Assembly (NCBI GenBank): GCA_030390025.1
Contig: CM059431.1
Location: forward strand, 113,710,001 to 113,774,000
DNA: 64,000 nt
Source of the DNA: Squalus acanthias
Taxonomy: Eukaryota
Direction of reading: 5' to 3'
Part shown: one piece after another, positions 1 through 12,816 of the stretch
Numbering within the stretch: position 1 is the first letter of the stretch
How the letters are laid out: each line of letters opens with the position of its first letter
Program-made: the position numbers and the translations under genes
Notes under the pieces: generated by a model
Seen by the model: the letters and a program-made list of their open reading frames with translations, nothing else
The model's database searches: none
What the model was told of the DNA's origin: nothing

Positions 1-615
1 TGAAAGAGAACACTGCCACCTATCCACAGATTGTGGGAACTTCACTTTGGAAAAAATACGAAAAAAAGAAACTGTTTTTGCATTTGCCCGGATTTTGCAG
101 TCAGCGGCGAAAGAACGACGCTCGCCGTTCACTACGCTGACAGCTGCCCACAAAGTTTTTGCGGGCTTTAGAGCGGAGACTTGCTCTAATCCCCCATCTG
201 ATCCAGCTTGGGAAAGACAGATGGGGATTAAGAGAGAGAGATAAAAGAGACAGACAGAAAAAGTTAAAAAAAATTCGGGGCCAGGGAGGTTGTTTGGCAG
301 TAATTATCACTTAAAATGCTATTAAAAATTCACTTACTCCTGAATGCACCAGCCGTAACCTTTTCTGGCGTGTTTAGTGTGGAACTAGTGGGCAAATACC
401 CCAACTTCACGCCGTTGCATTCATTTTAGTGCCTAGTCTATCGGCGAGGACTGTCACAGTGCACCCTATGGAGGAACAGGGTATCTCTGATGGCAACTTC
501 CGAATTTCCACGTGTAACTGCTCATGTGCAGACGCCAGAAGTTGCTGTCCGATTTACTCCATTATAATGGTGAGCATTTCAGCCTCACCGTCATTATCTA
601 CGCAAAATCTGGGCC
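1..615. mobile_element. Right part of a Harbinger-type non-autonomous element (left end outside window)
   Basis: Ends in AAAATCTGGGCC followed by AAT, matching the GG(G)C..AWTTT terminal pattern of the other TIR elements here. Confidence 0.5.
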
Positions 616-975
616 AATGTGTTTTGCCGGTAGGCCAGATAACAATAGATATTTTCAGACTGCAGAAATGGTAATAGAATTCTGCTGTTAAATTTCGCCA
701 TCTAAAAATAAAGTTCTATTGTGGCTGTAACACAAGTACGTCTGCAAGTCCATCAATACTACGTGATAAAAACTCTTCACTGTTCCAGGAAAAAAAAATC
801 CCACAATTATTTTCTTGTATTCATCGGCTGAAGGATTCAACTCTTACATCAGAGGCTTGTTTCCTGCAACAGGATTGGGACATTGTCCCAAATTAGATAC
901 TCTCAGAATTTTCTGCTCTCCCTAATTTCCCATAATAATAAAAAGTAGGAAAGCTGAAACAAAACCAGAGCCCTC

Positions 976-1072
976 TAGAATCATAGAATCCTACAGCACA
1001 GAAGGAGGCCATTCGGCCCATTATGCCTGTGCCAGGTTTTTGAAAGAGCTGTCCAATTAGTCCCCCTGCTCT
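976..1072 (-). mobile_element. CR1 LINE 3' end fragment
   Basis: TAGAATCATAGAATC tail repeat (rc GATTCTAT) followed by the CR1 3'UTR motif GGAGGCCATTCGGCCC. Confidence 0.75.
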
Positions 1073-1164
1073 AATGCTTACTTCGGCTTGCAGTCCTTGG
1101 AAAACGCAGTGAAAATGTTCTGATACATTATTTTCTTTCCAGTTGCCAATGGACAAAAAAAATT

Positions 1165-1923
1165 GGGCCAGAAATTAGGCACTTGCCGGGTGAGTACGCA
1201 CTGTGTACTCACCCGTAAGGCCTCCTGAAGTGCCGGTTTCCTGCATGCACTGCGCATGTGCGGGAAACCGGAACTTCCGGTTTCGTGAAGGGAGTGGTTC
1301 AGAGGTGAACCGCATGCACGGTAGAGGCTGCGCGCACGCAGCAAATTTAGTTTTTTTTCAGGTTTCTCCGTGAAGGTAAGTATTGAAGAAGCTGCGCTTT
1401 TAAAAAGGAGGCGCAAGACCTGTTTTTAACAAGGTAAGTGGTTAATTAATTACAATTTAAATTTTTTTTTAACAGGTTTATCTTTTTTAGATACTTTAAA
1501 GAAAGGTAAGTTTATTTTTAGCACTGTTAAAAAGTATTTTAATTTTGTCAAAAATTTTAATTTTTGTTTAAAGTAGTTAATTTATTTAACTTATAGTTAT
1601 TTTAAAAATGTGATAGTTTTTAAAAATTTATTTGAAGTTTAGGTGTTGTTTTGGGGCCGATTTCAATTCATAGATTTGACAGGTCTGTCAAATCTATGAA
1701 TGAAAGATGGTCTGCTGCCATTGGCTCTCCATGGCCCACGTGATCCCAGGGGACGCATTGCACTAACTACGCCCCTGGGATACACAAGCACTGAGCGCCG
1801 GCAGCTGCAGGAGGCCCAGGAGCTGAAGTCCCCGTGGGCCCAGAGGTCAACGGCAGCCGCGGTAGGTAGGTGTGCGCGCGAACATTGCACCCGCGGGAAG
1901 CCAGGGAGCCTAATTTCTGGGCC
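1165..1923. mobile_element. Harbinger-type MITE, 759 bp
   Basis: TIRs GGGCCAGAAATTAGGC / GCCTAATTTCTGGGCC; 3-bp TSD ATT on both sides; internal hairpins. Confidence 0.85.
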
Positions 1924-2065
1924 ATTGAATATTAAAATAACATTGCTTACTTAAATTAGGAAATTTTGCAGCACTGTTGTCTTTCTTAAGTTTGAGTAAT
2001 TTTTTTCCTGACCAAATTAGCTACTTTGTTTGTCCCATGTTAATATTAGGTGCCTTGGGTACAAG

Positions 2066-2177
2066 CGCCCTGAAATTCCGCAAGGGATCTCTGGCGGGAG
2101 ATTGTAGGAACTCCCGCAGGCAAAACGTAAACAGCTAAAAATGTTTGACCAGGAGAACGTCATGGAATTTCCAGGCA
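2066..2177. mobile_element. Short degraded MITE
   Basis: Imperfect TIRs GCCCTGAAATTCC / GGAATTTCCAGGC; AAG on both flanks. Confidence 0.45.
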
Positions 2178-2354
2178 AAGTTATTTTTTGGTTTGGGCAT
2201 TCGTTGTCCTGACCAGCTTTATGAGATTGTTCAACCTTTTGTGAATATACTTATGCACTTTTTAACTACCGTAAGCACTGAAAAGGAACTCAACTCCCCA
2301 CTCCCTCCTACAGCACTAGTCCTGCTGCTGCTGTTGGAATGAAACACTGTTATG

Positions 2355-2683
2355 GGTTTCTTCGACAGAACCTCCCAAATCCGTGACCTCTACCACCTAG
2401 AAGGACAAGGGCAGCAGGCGCATGGGAACACCACCACCTCCAAGTTCCCCTCCAAGTCACACACCATCCTGACTTGGAAATATATCGCCGTTCCTTCATC
2501 GTCGCTGGGTCAAAATCCTGGAACTCCCTCCCTAACAGCACTGCGGGAGTACCTTCACCACACGGACTGCAGCGGTTCAAGAAGGCGGCTCACCACCACC
2601 TTCTCAAGGGCAACTAGGGATGGGCAATAAATGCTGGCCTTGCCAGCGACGCCCACATCCCATAAAAACAAATTAAAAAAAAA
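2355..2683 (+). mobile_element. CR1-group LINE family B, 3' fragment
   Basis: Homologous to the 3' end of the 40065-43356 LINE; ends GCCAGCGACGCCCACATCCCAT plus A-rich tail. Confidence 0.85.
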
Positions 2684-3028
2684 TATACCATTATAATTTA
2701 GATGGGGGTTCCGTGATTACTAATCGATTTGAAAAGGGGTCCTTCAACTAAAAGTTTCGGAACCACTGGTCTACAGGGTGAATGGTTTCAGCCTGAACTA
2801 GGGGGAGGGGCGTGGAACTTGTCGGCAGGAACCAAAGGGACTGGGGTGAAAGGTTCCAACTGGAACGGTGAGGGGAGAATAGAAAGAGCCCCATTAGAAC
2901 TTGGGAGAAGAGTAGAATGCTTGTGTGAATTGAGGAAGAGGAGAGCCAACACAAACTGGGGGAAGAGGTTAAAGAGAGGGAGTTCATGTGTGAATTGTGG
3001 GGGAGATGATTCGAGTGGGGGGAGATGA

Positions 3029-3136
3029 TTAGAGGGAGGGAATGTTCTTGTTAACTGGGGTAATGGATAAAGGGAGGGGTATGGTGCTGTGAGAGGGAAG
3101 AAGAACTGTTGAGGTAACCTTTGCAGCATTAATGAC
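3029..3136 (-). CDS. Candidate terminal exon of an unidentified minus-strand gene (VINAAKVTSTVLLPSHSTIPLPLSITPVNKNIPSL*)
   Basis: Acceptor TTTGTCAG; phase 0 fits the 4657-4798 exon; weak polypyrimidine tract. Confidence 0.25.
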   Translation of the reverse strand, partial: VINAAKVTSTVLLPSHSTIPLPLSITPVNKNIPSL

Positions 3137-3394
3137 CTGACAAATTTTTTGAATATGAATAAGCCAAAAGTCACTTTTTTATCTTTTTTTTTTACATTAA
3201 AATCTATCATTTGTGAAGTTAACAACTGTTTACGATTAATCAGAATGCACAATTTTTAATGCAAAAATTTAACATTTCTTACGGGATTATGCTCCCGGGA
3301 CCCTCCCCACAATTTAAATATTTAAATGTGTGCCTCGGTGAGGGGGGAAGGGAGATGCTATTTGGCATCATAAAAGTTCTGATTTTGCTGTCTA

Positions 3395-3545
3395 CACACT
3401 TTGATTTCTGGTCTGTGCTGAGTTAACTGATCTCAAAAAGGTGGCAACAGGGCTACTACAATTCACCTCAGTGCCCCTGGATTAGGGAAGAGGTAAAACC
3501 AGACACCCAAGTCATCCTGATTACGATCCAGTGACTCCTGCTGGT
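3395..3545 (+). mobile_element. Fragment of an unclassified SINE family (S2)
   Basis: GGTCTGTGCTGAGTTAACTGATCTC...ATCCAGTGACTCCTGCTGG is similar to copies at 24740, 25770 and 30380. Confidence 0.6.
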
Positions 3546-4570
3546 TGTGGTTGTTGGAGACCAATCATCTCAGCCCCAGGCCATCACTGCAGGAGTTCCT
3601 CAGGGCAGTGTCCTAGGTCCAACCATCTTCTGCTGCTTCATCAATGACCTTCCCTTCATTATAAGGTCAGTAGTGGGGATGTTCGCTGATGATTGCACAC
3701 TGTTCAGTTCCATTCGCAACTCCTCAGATAATGAAGCAGTCCATGCCCGCATGCAGCAAGACCTGGACAACATCCAGGCTTGGACTGATAAGTGGCAAGT
3801 AATATTCGTGCCACACAAGTGCCAGGCAATGACTAACTCCAACATGAGAGAGTCTAACCACCTCCCCTTGACATTCAACGGCATTACCATCATTGAATCC
3901 CCCACGATCAACATCCTGGGCGGGGGTCACTGTTGACCAGAAACTTAGCTGGACCAGCCACATAAATATTGCGGCTACAAGAGCAGGGTATTCTGCAGCG
4001 AGTGACTCACCTCCTGACGTCTCAAAGCCTTTCCACCACCTACAAGGCACAAGTCAGGAATGCGATGGAATATTCTCCACTTGCCTGGATGAGTGCAGCT
4101 CCAACAACACTCAAGAAGCTCAACACCATCCAGGACAAAGCAGGCCAATTGATTGGCACCCCATTCATCACCTTAAGCATTCACTCCCTGCAGCACCGGC
4201 GCACCGTGTCTGTAGTGTATAGCATCTACAAGATGCACTGCAGCAACTCGCCAAGGCTTCTTCGACAGCACCTCTCAAACCTGCGACCTCTTCCACCTAG
4301 AAGGACAAGGGCAGCGGGCGCATGGGAACACCACCACCTCAAGTTCCCCTCCAAGTCACACACCATCCTGACTTGGAAATATATCACCGTTCCTTCATCG
4401 TCGCTGGGTCAAAATCCTGGAACTCCCTCCCTAACAGCACTATGGGAGTATCTTCCCCACACAGACTGCAGTGGTTCAAGAAGGCGGCTCACCACCACCT
4501 TCTCAAGGACAAATAGGGATGGGCAATAAATGACAGTGATGCCCACATCCCAGGAGTAAATTTTAAAAAA
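3545..4570 (+). mobile_element. CR1-group LINE family B, 5'-truncated RT to 3' end
   Basis: GVPQGSVLGP and MFADD RT motifs with frameshifts; family B tail GATGCCCACATCCC. Confidence 0.9.
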
Positions 4571-4656
4571 TGCATGTCTGTTTGTAACTACAGGTGAGAT
4601 CAGGATCAAGCTTGGCTGTGAATCCTCATGTGGTTGAATAGCCTGCTCATACTCAC

Positions 4657-4798
4657 TGTTAAAAGTTGCATGTTAAATAATGGTGAGCTACCAAAAGGTG
4701 TCTTTAGAACTATATCCCGATGAGTCAACAGCTTCAGCAGAGGAGAAAATTGGTCAGGAACACAGCCTTTGTGGTAATACGACCCCAGCATTACATTT
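4657..4798 (-). CDS. Candidate coding exon, 142 nt (NVMLGSYYHKGCVPDQFSPLLKLLTHRDIVLKTPFGSSPLFNMQLLT)
   Basis: Acceptor CGTTTAG, donor GTGAGT, open in only one frame, not recognisably repetitive. Confidence 0.45.
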
Positions 4799-5024
4799 CT
4801 AAACGATTGTGAAAATCGAGTTTCCTTCACTTGTATGCGTAGTATTTACCCTTTACTCCTGCACAGTTGCTTAATCTGGGATTAAAGAAAGTTAGATATT
4901 GGCCTACATACGCAAACTTTAATATTCTGCACATCTTCAGTCCCAGTCTACTTTCTCCTCTGTTTTAATTTGTTAGTGCATCTGCTGATGATGTGAAGGG
5001 AAACCTTAAAAGAAAAATACTTAC

Positions 5025-5040
5025 AGGTGGACGATTTCTT
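5025..5040 (-). CDS. Candidate 16-nt microexon AAGAAATCGTCCACCT
   Basis: TGTCTTGCAG acceptor and GTAAGT donor; restores frame between the 12817-12880 and 4657-4798 exons. Confidence 0.4.
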
Positions 5041-5504
5041 CTGCAAGACATGTGTAGCAAAATTGTAGATATATAAAGGAGTACGTTTATGATTTTGCAA
5101 CTCATAGCACTCAAAAGGAATCTTCCCTGTCGGTTTTGGAAAAACTATACAACTTAGACCCTCAATTGTCTACGAATTGCCTTCCTATTTTGATAAACTA
5201 TTCATTGGTGTATCTGGTATTTGACATTTCCTGCACACACACCGTTGCTTGTAAGCCACAATAAAAAAATAATTAATAGCGTGCCAAACCCAGGACAAAC
5301 AGTAGGTGGCAGCACTAACCCATGAAATGGGAAAGATTTATTAGCTCTGTGGTGAAACCGTTCCTTTCACCACACCAACGTCCTGTTAAGTGCTGTTTTG
5401 GGAAACCAGACAAAAAGCATGCTACGGAAAAGGGCGTGAAATAGAGAAAGTATTTTGCATGGATTCCATTCAGGATAACTTTGTGGATAAATTTGGATTT
5501 CAGT

Positions 5505-8500
5505 TCTAGAGGCTGAGACAGGAGAAATTATAATCAGGAATAAGGAAATGGCAGAGACTTTAAACAAATATTTTGTAACTGTCTTCACAGTAGAAGACAC
5601 AAAAAGCAAAACAAAAAATAGTGGGGAACCAAGGGGCTAATGAGAGTGACGAACTTAAAGTAATTAATATCAGTACAGAAAAAGTACTTGAGAAACTAAT
5701 GGGACTAAAAGCCAACAAATCCCCTGGACCTGATGGCTTACATCCTAGGGTTCTAAATGAGGTGGCTGCAGAGATAGTGGATGCATTGGTTGTGATCTTC
5801 CAAAATTCCCTAGATTCTAAAATGGTCCGAGCAGATTGGAAGGTAGCAAATGTAACCTCGCTATTCAAGAAAGGAGAGAGAGAGAAAACAGGGAACTACA
5901 GGCCAGTTAGCCTGACATCAGTCATCGGGAAAATGCTGGAATCCATTATTAAGGAAGTGGTAACAGGGCACTTAGAAAATCATAATATGATTAGGCAGAG
6001 TCAACATGGTTTTATGAAAGGGAAATCATGTTTAACAAATTTATTCGAGTTTTTTGAGGATGTAACTAGCCGGGTAAATAAAGGGGAACCAGTGGATATA
6101 ATATATTTGGATTTCCAAAAGTCATTCGATAAGGTGCCACATAAAAGGTTTCTATGCAAGATAAGTGCTCATGAGGTTAGGGTAATATATTAGCATGGAT
6201 CGAGGATTAGTTAACGCACAGAAAACAGAGAGTAGGGATAAACGGGTCATTTTCAGGTTGGCAGGCTGTAACTAATGGGGTACCGCAAGGATCTCAGCTT
6301 AGGCCTCAGCTATTTACAATCTATATTAATGACTTAGATGAAGGGACCGAGTGCAATGCATCCAAGTTTGCTTAGAATACAGAGCTAGGTGGGAAAGTAA
6401 GCTGTGAAAAAGACACAAGGAGCCTGCAAAGGGATATAGACAGGTTAAGTGAGTGGGCAATAAGGCGGCAGATGGAGTAGAATGTGGGGAAATGTGAGGT
6501 TATTCACTTTGGTAGGAAGAATGGAAAAACAGAATATTTTTTAAATGGTGAGAAACTATTAAATTTTGGTGTTCAGAGAGATTTAGGTGTCCTGGTCCAG
6601 GAAACACAGAGAATTAGCATGCAGCTACAGCAAGCAATTAGGAAGGCAAATGGTATGTTGCTCTTTTTTGCAAGAGGGTTGGAGTACAAGAGTAAGGAAG
6701 TCTTACTGCAATTGTACAGGGCTTTGGTGAGACCACACCTGGAGTACTGTGCACAGTTTCGGTCTCCTTATCTGAGGAATGACATATTTGCCTTAGAGGC
6801 AATGCAACAAAGGTTGTCTAGATTGATCTCTGGGATGAGAGGGTTGTCCTATGAGGAGAGGTTGAGTAGATTGGGCCAACACTCTCTGGAGTTTAGAAGA
6901 ATGAGAGGTGATCTCATTGAAACATATAGGGCTGGATTTTTCCAACCTCGGCGGGTGGGCGAAGTCCGTGGCATGTGGAGACCCCGCATCTGTCTCGATC
7001 CCAGCCTCCAACAAGATTTTCCATTGATGGGGCTTGTTCAGCTCGACCTGCGAGGTTCCCAGCCAATTAATAGGAAGCAGGTCTGAAGACGTCATTTGAT
7101 GACACGTCATCAGCCGGTTTCCTTAAAGGGACCATGTCCACATTAATTTTGACAGTTGTGCTGTCAGTGTTCTGCAGGGCACAAGCAGGGATGTTGTCAG
7201 GAGGACCAGGCTGCAGTGGTGCAAACCCTTCAATGATCTCAGTAGATTACAAAACGTTAGTGCAAAGCCACACTCAGCCTCATCCTGCTGTGCCTCTTAT
7301 CACATCCTCATCACTCTGCTTTCCCTACCCTACTCCTGAACATCCTTACTCACACCAACTTACTTTGCACCTCCACCCATCCCTCTCTATCTACATTATC
7401 ACTTCCCCATCTCACTAGCCACCCCTCACAATCATCCTCATCCTTGTCCAATCATACCAACTAACAACACACAAGGGTAGGCAGTTGGGTGTTATCACCA
7501 ATGTTCATGTAAAGTTTCTGTTAATGTGTTGTCAAACATTGAAATCTTTATTTTCAACACTTTGCCTTCTTGGACAGATCTGTGTGCACCTTTGGAACTG
7601 GCTTAGTGAGTTCCAGTGAATGGTGAGACATAACGGTACCTCCCCCCCTCCCCCTCCCAATGGTGATGAGTGTCAAAGGAATAGCTTGGGCATTGTAGGG
7701 ATGCTTTATGGTGTTGCTGTGGGGTGGTGCCAACCTGGCGCATCATGTGGCAGCCAGGGTGTACAGCGTCAAGTGAAGTAAATGTGGCCATGGTGAGGCC
7801 ATCCCATGCCTCCCGGGCAGCAATGTGGTCGGGTACTGATGCCCTGTGTCCTGTGCAGCATCAGGTGATTGCGGAGAAGGTTGGTGCTGTTGTTGGTGCT
7901 ACTGGTGTGCCTGGTGAGGCTGGTGTGCCTGGTGCTGCTGGTGTTGGGGCTGATCATGGTGGGATTCTGAGGACCAAGGTGAGATTTCTTCAAGGGCACC
8001 GATGCTGATGGAATAGATGGCAGCTGAAGTTAAGATGACAGAAGCGATCTGTCAATGGTGAGAGAAGTTGCTCCAAGGAGGTGACACTGGATAGAGAGTT
8101 TGCTCCAAACACTTCAAATCTCCATAAAGCTGAAAAGTGTAATCCAAATCTTGAAGGCTCCAACTTCTAAGATTGGAAATTGAACAGCTGTGAAATGGTA
8201 GCTTTTATATCACTTTTGCAGCTGTCAACTATTAACAGCAATGGAGAGTCATTGAGAACATGACACACTTACCTGACGTGATCCCTGAGTGCCGGGAACC
8301 TCGTGGAAACAAGGAAAAATCATTAGGACCTGGTAAAATGCTGCTTAAATACTTTTAAGCAGCTTCTTAACTATCTCACTTGCCTGACCCGCTGCTTAGT
8401 GCCGGTTCTGCAAACCGCAGGCACAGCCGACACTTGAGAAATTAACAAGGAGGCGGTTTCAGAGCGGACTTCCACCTCGCTGTTAACCACAGCCATTTTG

Positions 8501-8918
8501 ACAGCAGACCCGCCTCCAAACCCGCTCTCTGAGTGCTGGCAAAATTCAGCCCATAAGGTTCTGAGGGGGATTGACAGGGTAGATGCTGAGAGGTTCTTTC
8601 TCCTGGCTGGAGAGTCCAGAACTAGGGGGCATAGTCTCAGGATAAGGGGTCGGCTATTTAAGACTGAGATGAAGAGGAATTTCTTCACTCAGAGGGTTGT
8701 GAATCTTTGGAATTCTCTACCTCAAAGGGCTGTGGATGTTGAGTCATTGAGTATATTCAAGCTGAGATAGATAGATTTTTGGACTCTAGGGGAATCAAGG
8801 GATATGGGGATCGGACGGGAAAGTGGAGTTGAGGTCGAAGATCAGCCATGATCTTATTGAATGGCGGAGCAAGGCTCGAGGGGCCGTATGGCCGACTCCT
8901 GCTCCTAATTCTTATGTT
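5505..8918 (+). mobile_element. CR1 (L3-type, family A) LINE, 5'-truncated, degenerate ORF2, interrupted by a DNA element at 6929-8552
   Basis: KSPGPDG, NYRPVSLTS, QHGF, YLDFQK, KCEVIHFG and RRMRGDLIETY motifs; 3'UTR ending ACTCCTGCTCCTAATTCTTATG. Confidence 0.95.
6929..8552. mobile_element. Non-autonomous Harbinger-type element, 1624 bp, inserted in CR1
   Basis: TIRs GGGCTGGATTTT / AAAATTCAGCCC; TSD ATA; removing it restores CR1 frame ETYKVLRGID. Confidence 0.9.
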
Positions 8919-9129
8919 TTCAGAGGTCTAAAATTTGGATCCTCTCAATCTGAAGTTTCAATAGTGAGCTGTACCGATAGAGCAGCTATTTTCCCTCACT
9001 GCTAAAGGTTCATTAGAGTGATAGGGACTGAATAGATACACATTCATCACAAATGAATACTGCCTCCCCCCACCCTGCCCAATCGAGACCCAGTTATTGG
9101 ATGGATACAAACTGTTCACAACTATATGC

Positions 9130-9418
9130 AAGTGTGCCCAGCGATCAGTGATGCTGTTCTCAACGTATATATATATATATAAATGATCTGAAGTTAGATG
9201 TGAGGCACAATATCAAAATTTGTGAAGAAGACAGCAAGCGACTTCAGGAGGAGATAGACAGGCTTGGATAAATAGATGTCAAATAATGCAGAGAAATGTA
9301 AGGTGACAAATTTTGGGAGGAAGAATAAAAAGAAGAAGCATACAATAAATGGTCAAACTTTAGAAGGAGGAGAGGGTCAGAGACAATTAAAGGTACTGAT
9401 ACACAACTCTTTAAATGC
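9130..9418 (+). mobile_element. Old decayed CR1 RT fragment
   Basis: Remnants of IYINDL, LQEEIDRL and EKCKV..FGRKN. Confidence 0.65.
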
Positions 9419-9424
9419 ATGAAG

Positions 9425-12150
9425 CGCCGTTCCAAGGACCAGGCAGCAGTATCTAAAAAAATTCAATGATTTGACCAGATCTGCTAAAGTAAGAGTCCTA
9501 TATACACCATCTGCAGCCCTAGCACTCACCAGCGTCCGCACCCCCCCCCCACTCTCCTCCAATCACAGCAAAACTGTATCTCCTTCTGCTGCCACTTGCC
9601 ACACACACTGAACCTGCTACTGCCCTCACAATTGCACCCCTCACCTCCCCACACCTTCTGCTTCTTTCACACACCATCCAAACCTTAACTACCCTGACAC
9701 ACACATCTTCAGGATAAGCTGGCACACGATAAAAGGGAACAGACACACACACAGGAGGAGTGTCACCATCTACCCAAGTGCTCACGTCAATCGAAGGAGC
9801 TGCCACAGATGTAATGGGCAGAGGGTGGGCCAGACGCTTGGCGAGTGATGATGCCGGAGCAAATATCCCGCAAGTTGTTTGTCCATCCTATCGTCTTCTT
9901 TTTCTCACTGAATTCTCTCCCTCACACACTCTGCATGACAACCTGATGCTGCATTGAGCTGCCACTTATCTGTTACTGCTTACCCTTGCTGCTAACTGAT
10001 AACCCTTGACCCTCTCTTCACTTTCCAGGTCCACGGCAAGCCACAGCAGAAGAAGATGAAGACAGTCCTCCAGAAGATGCACGATCACTCACTCTCACCC
10101 TTGCAAACACCATCTCAGATACCCACTCCCATGTACAGCAGAGGCTCAGCTAGAGGGGTCCGCAGTGGATAAATAACTGAGCATAAGTGAGCAGGATCAA
10201 GGGCAGGGGGTAAGGACTACCCAGAAACTAGCTCTCCGGAGGGTAAGCTCACATCCTAGCCCTGCTGTAGAGGGCACAGATGAACACTTCCAGGGCCCAG
10301 CCTATAAAAGAAGTCTGATAGCTGTAGGCTTCGCAAAATGCCCCAGAAACTCGAATAGAACCCTAAAGGGGGCGATGAAGGAATTTGAGGTCAAAGCCTC
10401 AGTTTTGAAGATATTTTGAAAAGAATCAAGGAAGGAAAAAAAATCCTGAGGTAAATGACTTTGGATGATAAGATACCTTTTTAAAAGGGCCATTGGGTAA
10501 ACCTGCAGTCACAGAAACACAGGCTGCGGGAAGGGGTGTGGTGAGGCAGTGGACAGCTTTCGGGTATTGGGACCAAGCCAAGCTGTCTGGGAGATGTTTG
10601 CACTGCAATCCAATCAAGGAGGAAGAGCCTCATCCAAAACCTCACAAACACATTCAAAAATGAATAAACCAAGACCCCTTTTGAAATCCCCAGGTCCAGA
10701 CAGGATACTGGAAGTCTGAAAACAATTCCTAACAAATAAAACTGCCAGTACACAGCTTCATAGCCCATCATCCCATCAAAAACCGATTAGCCAAGTATCG
10801 ACAGGAACAGTTTAACAAGCCCGCCAAAACCTAAGACAAAAGAAGCGAGATTTGGCGGGTAGATAGAGGCCCTGTCTAAATGGAAGACATCGGTAGCCAT
10901 CAGGACAAGTTAACACTAAGTTAAAGTCATCAGACTTAACGAGCCCGCCAAAACCTAAGACAAAGGAAACGAGATTTGGCGCGAAGATAAACAGGCCTCA
11001 ACTGAAACCTAAATCATTTTAATGCGAAATCGATTAGTAAAGCAGTTTTGGCGCGAAAAACACAATAGACCTGAACAGTATAATTGAGGGCCTAATCCCC
11101 CAAGAAACCCAGTTCAACACACACGACACGAGGGCGACACCAGAGCCAAGCAACAAGGAACGAGTCACAAGAAGAACCTTCGGAAGGCAGGCAGGCCTAA
11201 AGCCACGGGCAAGACGACACGAGGAACCCGAGAGACACTGTGGTGGTGTCTGTTCAAGCCATGCGGTTTGTTACAACACTATACTAAAAGTTAGTTCAAG
11301 ACTGTCCAGAGAGGCAGTTTAAAGTTAGTAACAGTACCGAGGCACGCAAGGACAACACGCCACAGTAAGGGGGGTCATCGACGGACCCGACTGGGAAAAA
11401 GGTTCCCAATGCCTCGCAGCAACCAAGGCCCCACGAACCAACCAACACAACGCCACCGACCAACCAGGTGCGAACCAGGCCGTCGCGACCACCGAAAGAC
11501 CAACACCAGAAAAAACCGAAGACACGCAAGTTTCCACACTACAAACTATTCCTGACTTACCCCTGGGTAAGATTTTTCCTTAAAAAATTCTAAACCCTAC
11601 CTCTAACAAAGAAAAATTGGGTACTCAACTGATAGATCCACATGCGCACCTTACCGCATCAACGGACAGACCCAAACTGACTTGGAGTGCAGCTGAAGTC
11701 TTCTACCACGTCCGGGGTACGGCAGGCCCCAACAACCAAAAACCCCAGTGAACCCCGAAATCGCGAAATACCTCAACTGTCAAGAACTGTCATTTGGTGA
11801 GCATTATCCCTGATCCTCTGGAATCAAACCTAGCTAGGCAGTGGGATTGGGAGGGATAAGGGGTTTTGTATACTGTAATTCTCCCTCACCTGTACTGTGT
11901 GTTCCCCAACCTGTGTTTAAGAATTAAGTGTGTTTTAAGATTGTTTGTGTTGTATTTACCTTTTCTTGAATAAAAGTTAAAGTTCTTTCATCAAAACCTG
12001 TTGTCTACTGCACCTTTGTTCACGACCCCCAAATAAGTCCAAGGTCCAGAACCAGGGATGTGGGAGCGATTCGAACCGCTCACTGAAGTCAGAGGTGAAG
12101 CTGACCCTACCACACCACCCCCTACATAGCTGTGCACCAGCAACTACTCA
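9425..12150 (+). pseudogene. Decayed Harbinger Myb/SANT gene relic, split by a solo LTR
   Basis: RTRQQYLKKFNDLTRSAK|gt intron, then DKLAHDKREQTHTGG and an acidic exon 3; frame continues LIAVHQQLL once the LTR is removed. Confidence 0.75.
10323..12126 (+). mobile_element. Solo LTR, 1804 bp
   Basis: Termini TGTAGG...CCTACA; 4-bp TSD TAGC; AATAAA at 11969; internal ~60-bp direct repeat at 10814 and 10938. Confidence 0.85.
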
Positions 12151-12169
12151 AAAATGATGGCAAAATAAA

Positions 12170-12400
12170 TAGATGGCAAAACTAAAGGGCAGGTAGGAAA
12201 CAGAACCGCCTGTTTGGTGGCTGGTGAAGTGGAGGTAGTGCTGCATGAGGTGGCTGTGAGGAGGAGGATTATGTTATTTGACACTCGAGGGCACCCTCCA
12301 CAAATGACAGTAGTCCAGCATGTCTGACAGGAGATGGCAGCCAAGACATACTGCCCACAGGACCTGGGAACAGATGCACATCCAAGGGAAGAATACCCAA
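12170..12400 (+). pseudogene. Decayed Myb/SANT (Harbinger ORF2-like) exon fragment
   Basis: EVEVVLHEVAVRRRIMLF...QEMAA...RTWEQM resembles exon 1 of the better-preserved copies. Confidence 0.5.
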
Positions 12401-12816
12401 CAGCACCATTTCCCAAGTAGATGGCTCAGGTCAGCTTAGCACAAAATGTTGCCTGCCAGCTTGTTCCACTGTTACTGCTGGCTGATACCAAGCCCTCACA
12501 TAACCATACAGCTCTTCTGTTATTTACCATGAATACCCATATGACAGCCCATGTTTAGACTGCAACTTAGTACACTGGTAACTACCAAAAGGCTTTCCAC
12601 ATAAAATCATTTTAACATGGCCACTTACTGATACACAGAATGGGCTGCAAACAGTCTGCACAGTTTGTCCTATTCACTAGCCACTTTGCCAGCTTATCAG
12701 GATGCAAAAGGCAAATAATGCAGATACATAGAGATTTGTCAAAATACTTTCAATAAGCATGGCAGACTGCTGAAAAACAAAGGAACACTGCTGTGGGGCA
12801 TTCCACTGGTACTTAC

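Noticed and set aside
2788..3252. 154-aa Pro-rich ORF
   Set aside because: Purine/pyrimidine-skewed low-complexity sequence, no recognisable domain, and the wrong phase for the candidate exon chain
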